From NCBI RefSeq assembly GCF_001194135.2, contig NC_068981.1, forward strand, positions 143,758,743 through 143,811,195: a DNA stretch of 52,453 nt. The letters are read 5' to 3'. Positions 49,141 through 52,453 of the stretch are shown here, piece after piece. Source of the DNA: Octopus bimaculoides (lineage: Eukaryota). The notes beneath the pieces were generated by a model. That model saw only the letters and a list, made by a program, of their open reading frames with translations. It was not told the DNA's origin and did no database searches. Position 1 is the first letter of the stretch; the number at the start of each line of letters is the position of its first letter. Position numbers and translations under genes: made by a program.

Positions 49141-49269
49141 GATTAAGAGAGATAAAGCGGAAAAAGAACGAAAAAACATAAAAGTAGAAAGAAAAAAATG
49201 TATAGGGAATAACGATTCAACATGATGACTGAAAAAGAAGTACAAGAATATATATATATAAATTCTTTT

Positions 49270-49500
49270 ACATGTATGTCAGTCATTTGGCTGCGGCCAT
49301 GCTGGAGCAGTACCTTGAAGGATTTTAGTGGAAAAAAATCGATCCATGGACTAATTTTTTAAAGTCCTTGTACTTATTCTATCGTTTTCTTTTGCCGAAC
49401 CGCTATCTTACGGAAATGTAAACACCCCAACACAATTTGTCAAGCAGTGAGGTGAGGATAAACACAAAGACACACACACGCACATGGATATATGCGTATA
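49270..49500 (-). mobile_element. SINE family B, 3' half (a second tail fragment lies at 48887-48940)
   Basis: TCAGTCATTTGGCTGCGGCCATGCTGGAGCA...TTTGCCGAACCGCT...GTCAAGC. Confidence 0.8.
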
Positions 49501-49764
49501 TATATATATGTANNNNNNNNNNNNNNNNNNNNNNNNNNNNNNNNNNNNNNNNNNNNNNNNNNNNNNNNNNNNNNNNNNNNNNNNNNNNNNNNNNNNNNNN
49601 NNNNNNNNNNNNNNNNNNNNNNNNNNNNNNNNNNNNNNNNNNNNNNNNNNNNNNNNNNNNNNNNNNNNNNNNNNNNNNNNNNNNNNNNNNNNNNNNNNNN
49701 NNNNNNNNNNNNNNNNNNNNNNNNNNNNNNNNNNNNNNNNNGTGTGTGTGGAATCGCGTAAGAC

Positions 49765-49980
49765 CATAGTGGCTATGATCTTACACTTAACATCGTAAGA
49801 TTGTTTTCCTTTCCTGGACCAGGTAATCCATATGCTCTTGAGCAAAGCAACTCGTTTCACGTTCCTGCATTTCCCTTATCTAGCAAAAACGAGTAATCCT
49901 GCGACAGACTGGCGTCCTGTTCTAGGAAGGTATATATGCACACAACAAAATCCCAGAACTCGGCTTATAAGCCTATAGCA
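49765..49980 (+). mobile_element. Degenerate SINE-like element
   Basis: GCTCTTGAGCAAAGCAAC and ATCCTGCGACAGACTGGCGTCCTGTTC resemble central and 3' domains of V/Meta-type SINE superfamilies. Confidence 0.35.
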
Positions 49981-51395
49981 ATGGAAACACCATAATATCC
50001 TGTGTTTTACTTCCTGAGATAAGTCTAAGCTTGAATCTAACAACAGCCGCGATGCAATATCCAACATTTCATTCAGTTGTTTAAATGATGTTTGTCCATT
50101 TTGCAAAGACAGTAATGAAGCAAAATGTTATCAAACAAGAATCGAATCACGGTCTCAAATTTGATAGCTGACGTCGGTAATAAAGCACCAGTTGCTCTTT
50201 TAAAAATTGTCTCTAGGCCTTGTGAAGATAAGATTCGTTAGCATTGAGAATGTAGAATATGTGAACAAATTCATTAGAGTTTTGTCCAATTTTGTTAGTT
50301 TAATATTAGTGAGATTCGAAGATGCTTAAAAGACAGTTTAGAGAAAATGTGATAGGTTATTAGTCGTCAGTGAAAGATTTCTCTTGAAAAAATACTGTAG
50401 TTAATTAGACAGCGTCACAAATTAGCAACTCATCAAATCCACGCAATCTTATTAAGCATGCTTAACGGACATTATAATGACTTAATCAATTTGGAAATCA
50501 AGAATTCTATGGAATGTTATCTATGAAACTATCAATCGAAAAGTATTTTTATTCTCGCAATAATTAGTAATTTATCTTCAGTAGCAGACAAATGGCGAAA
50601 CTGCTTAACATCCTAAAGTTAGAGAAATTGCGAAGCGGCTTACCATCCTATCTAAATATGTATGCATATGTGTGTGTATGTATTATATATAATATCAAGA
50701 AAGTCAGGAGATATACCCCTGACTCTCTTTATATTCTATATACTCCTCACAAAATAATTTTCTTGATTGGATTTACTAGATTTCAACTGCTTAGGGCTCA
50801 ACATTATACTCCTACGTATTCGTTTACTATGTGGTTTGTAGTCTGGTCCACTAAAGGAGAATTTCTGTGATTTCCACCGGTTTATATAAATCCTTATATT
50901 ATACATTAAATATATATACATATAAACAATATCAGTGCCACATACTCAAAGCATATATGTTGTTAAACGTTTTTTGGCCGCGATATTTCGTCCCAGGAAG
51001 GAGGACTTTTTAAAGAGGTAGAGTGTTAAGAACCACAGTACATTTCAAATTCAGGCGAAACGAATCGCTCCAGAAGTGAACGGGAACAACAGATATTGAT
51101 ATTTTGCAGTTATTTCTACTCATCGGAGCTGTTATACTCGATTCACCTCGAAACTAACCGCTGGTCGAATTTGAATCGCTGGCATAAAGTGTATACAGAG
51201 AGCATAAAATTTATCTGACGATGAGCAAGAGCGCTGCACAAGTAAAACAAAATTCAAATTTTGAGTTAGAAGTTTCTCAATAATATAGATATTTTCAATG
51301 TAACATAGTTAATGTAATGAGTTGCTAACGCATTTTTTACTGAGGTATTTCACCCGTTGATGTTCCTATATATATATATATATATATATATGTAT

Positions 51396-51811
51396 AGGCG
51401 CAGGCGTGGATGTGTGGTAAGAAGTTTGGTTCCCAAGCACATGGTTCTAGGTCCACCTTGAGAAAGTGTCTTTTAGTATAGTCTCGGGCCAACCAATGCC
51501 TTGTCAGTGGATTTGATAGACAGAAACTGAAAGAAGGCCGTCGTATGTATGTGTGTGCGTGTGTGTGCGCGCGCGCATGTGTGTGTGTTTGCGCGTGTAT
51601 GTGTGTATCTGTGTGTGTGTCTGTGTTTGTCCCCCTTCACCATCGCTTGACAGCCTATATTGGTGTGTTTATGCCCCCGTAAATTAACGGTTCGGCAAAA
51701 GAACCCGATAGAATAAGCACTAGGCTCACAAAGAATAAGTCCTAGGGTCGATTTATTCAACTAAGGGTGGTGCTCCAGCATGGCCGCAGTCAAATGTTTG
51801 AAACAACTAAA
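51396..51811 (+). mobile_element. tRNA-headed SINE, family B, full length
   Basis: GGCGCAGGCGTGGATGTGTGGTAAGAAG...CACATGGTTC...internal (TG)n...GGTGGTGCTCCAGCATGGCCGCAGTCAAATG. Confidence 0.9.
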
Positions 51812-51861
51812 TCTCACACATACGCGCTTGCACACCTTAGTTCGTTGGGTCATCATTACCG

Positions 51862-51916
<55 letters not shown>

Positions 51917-52453
51917 CTCCCTTTCATTCAGCCCCTTAATTCTGTATTACCTCCTCTTTCATTTAACTCTATCCTCTTTTTTTTATCTCGCCCCTCCTTA
52001 ATTCTTCTATCCCTCTGCCTCTACCTCTCTCATTCTTCGCACGTGACTGATGTTCGTCCAAGCCCGACCTTTCTTTCTTGGTCCGACTACCATCCGTGCA
52101 ACATCTATATTCCTCCCTGTGCCTATCAAATCCTATGTCCACACACGCCAGCTTAATTTAATTCGAAAGACACATGTTGTTAATGTCTTATTATTTATAT
52201 TTGTGTACCATTTCTCCGTGTTTTTCAGTCCTTGTTTTCGTATACATTTGCTGACTTCTTCCAAGGAATCTAGTGCTCTTAGCTTAGTGTTTTCTTGGGC
52301 TGACCAGATTGGAGCAATCTCGAGTATAACCAGCCGAAATTACAAATATAATCTGGAACTCGACTGAAGATAGAAAACTCTGAATGACCCGTCCTTGTTT
52401 TCTTTGTATCATCTGTCTGGATGTTTTGCGTTCTTGACCCATACTTATATATA

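Noticed and set aside
52355-52400. CTGAAGA followed by a short stem (hammerhead-like start); similar half-motifs at 51213-51232 (CTGACGA-T-GAGC AAGA GCGC) and 21366-21395 (minus, GAAACGTGCGTA)
   Set aside because: Each lacks one half of the catalytic core or stem I pairing; at most relics.
1-52453. CRISPR arrays, rRNA, bona fide tRNA genes, operons
   Set aside because: None seen. The tRNA-like sequences are SINE heads without complete cloverleaf acceptor stems, and the sequence is eukaryotic.

Overview
AT-rich, microsatellite-saturated eukaryotic DNA from a gapped draft assembly (N-gaps at about 9634-9816, 26368-26377, 28429-28954, 29523-29887, 38817-38949, 44715-44861, 49513-49741). The SINE families look like ones I recognise from octopod cephalopods (Octopus), so this is probably intronic or intergenic octopus sequence (inference). 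I find no intact, recognisable protein-coding gene. Almost all ORFs in the track are microsatellite or N-gap artefacts, or pieces of decayed transposons. The window is a transposon graveyard: several tRNA-headed SINE families, fossils of RTE/BovB-like, HERO-like and R4/Dong-like non-LTR elements, a probable Penelope-like (PLE) fragment, a mariner, a mariner-type MITE, a Helitron-like element and two ~165-bp solo-LTR-like elements. The most notable signal is a set of minimal type I hammerhead-ribozyme motifs of the PLE-associated kind (stem I-CUGANGA-N-stem II-GAAA-CGU-H-stem I') in about four unrelated repeat families. One family is a tRNA-headed, (AAT)n-containing SINE. It occurs once nearly full length (20611-20930) and twice as fold-back or palindromic structures (2297-2610, 32808-33100). 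This suggests a Pol III-driven, ribozyme-bearing non-autonomous retroelement system, possibly mobilised by PLEs. All alignments, translations and folds were done by eye, and most element boundaries are approximate (+/-10-30 bp).
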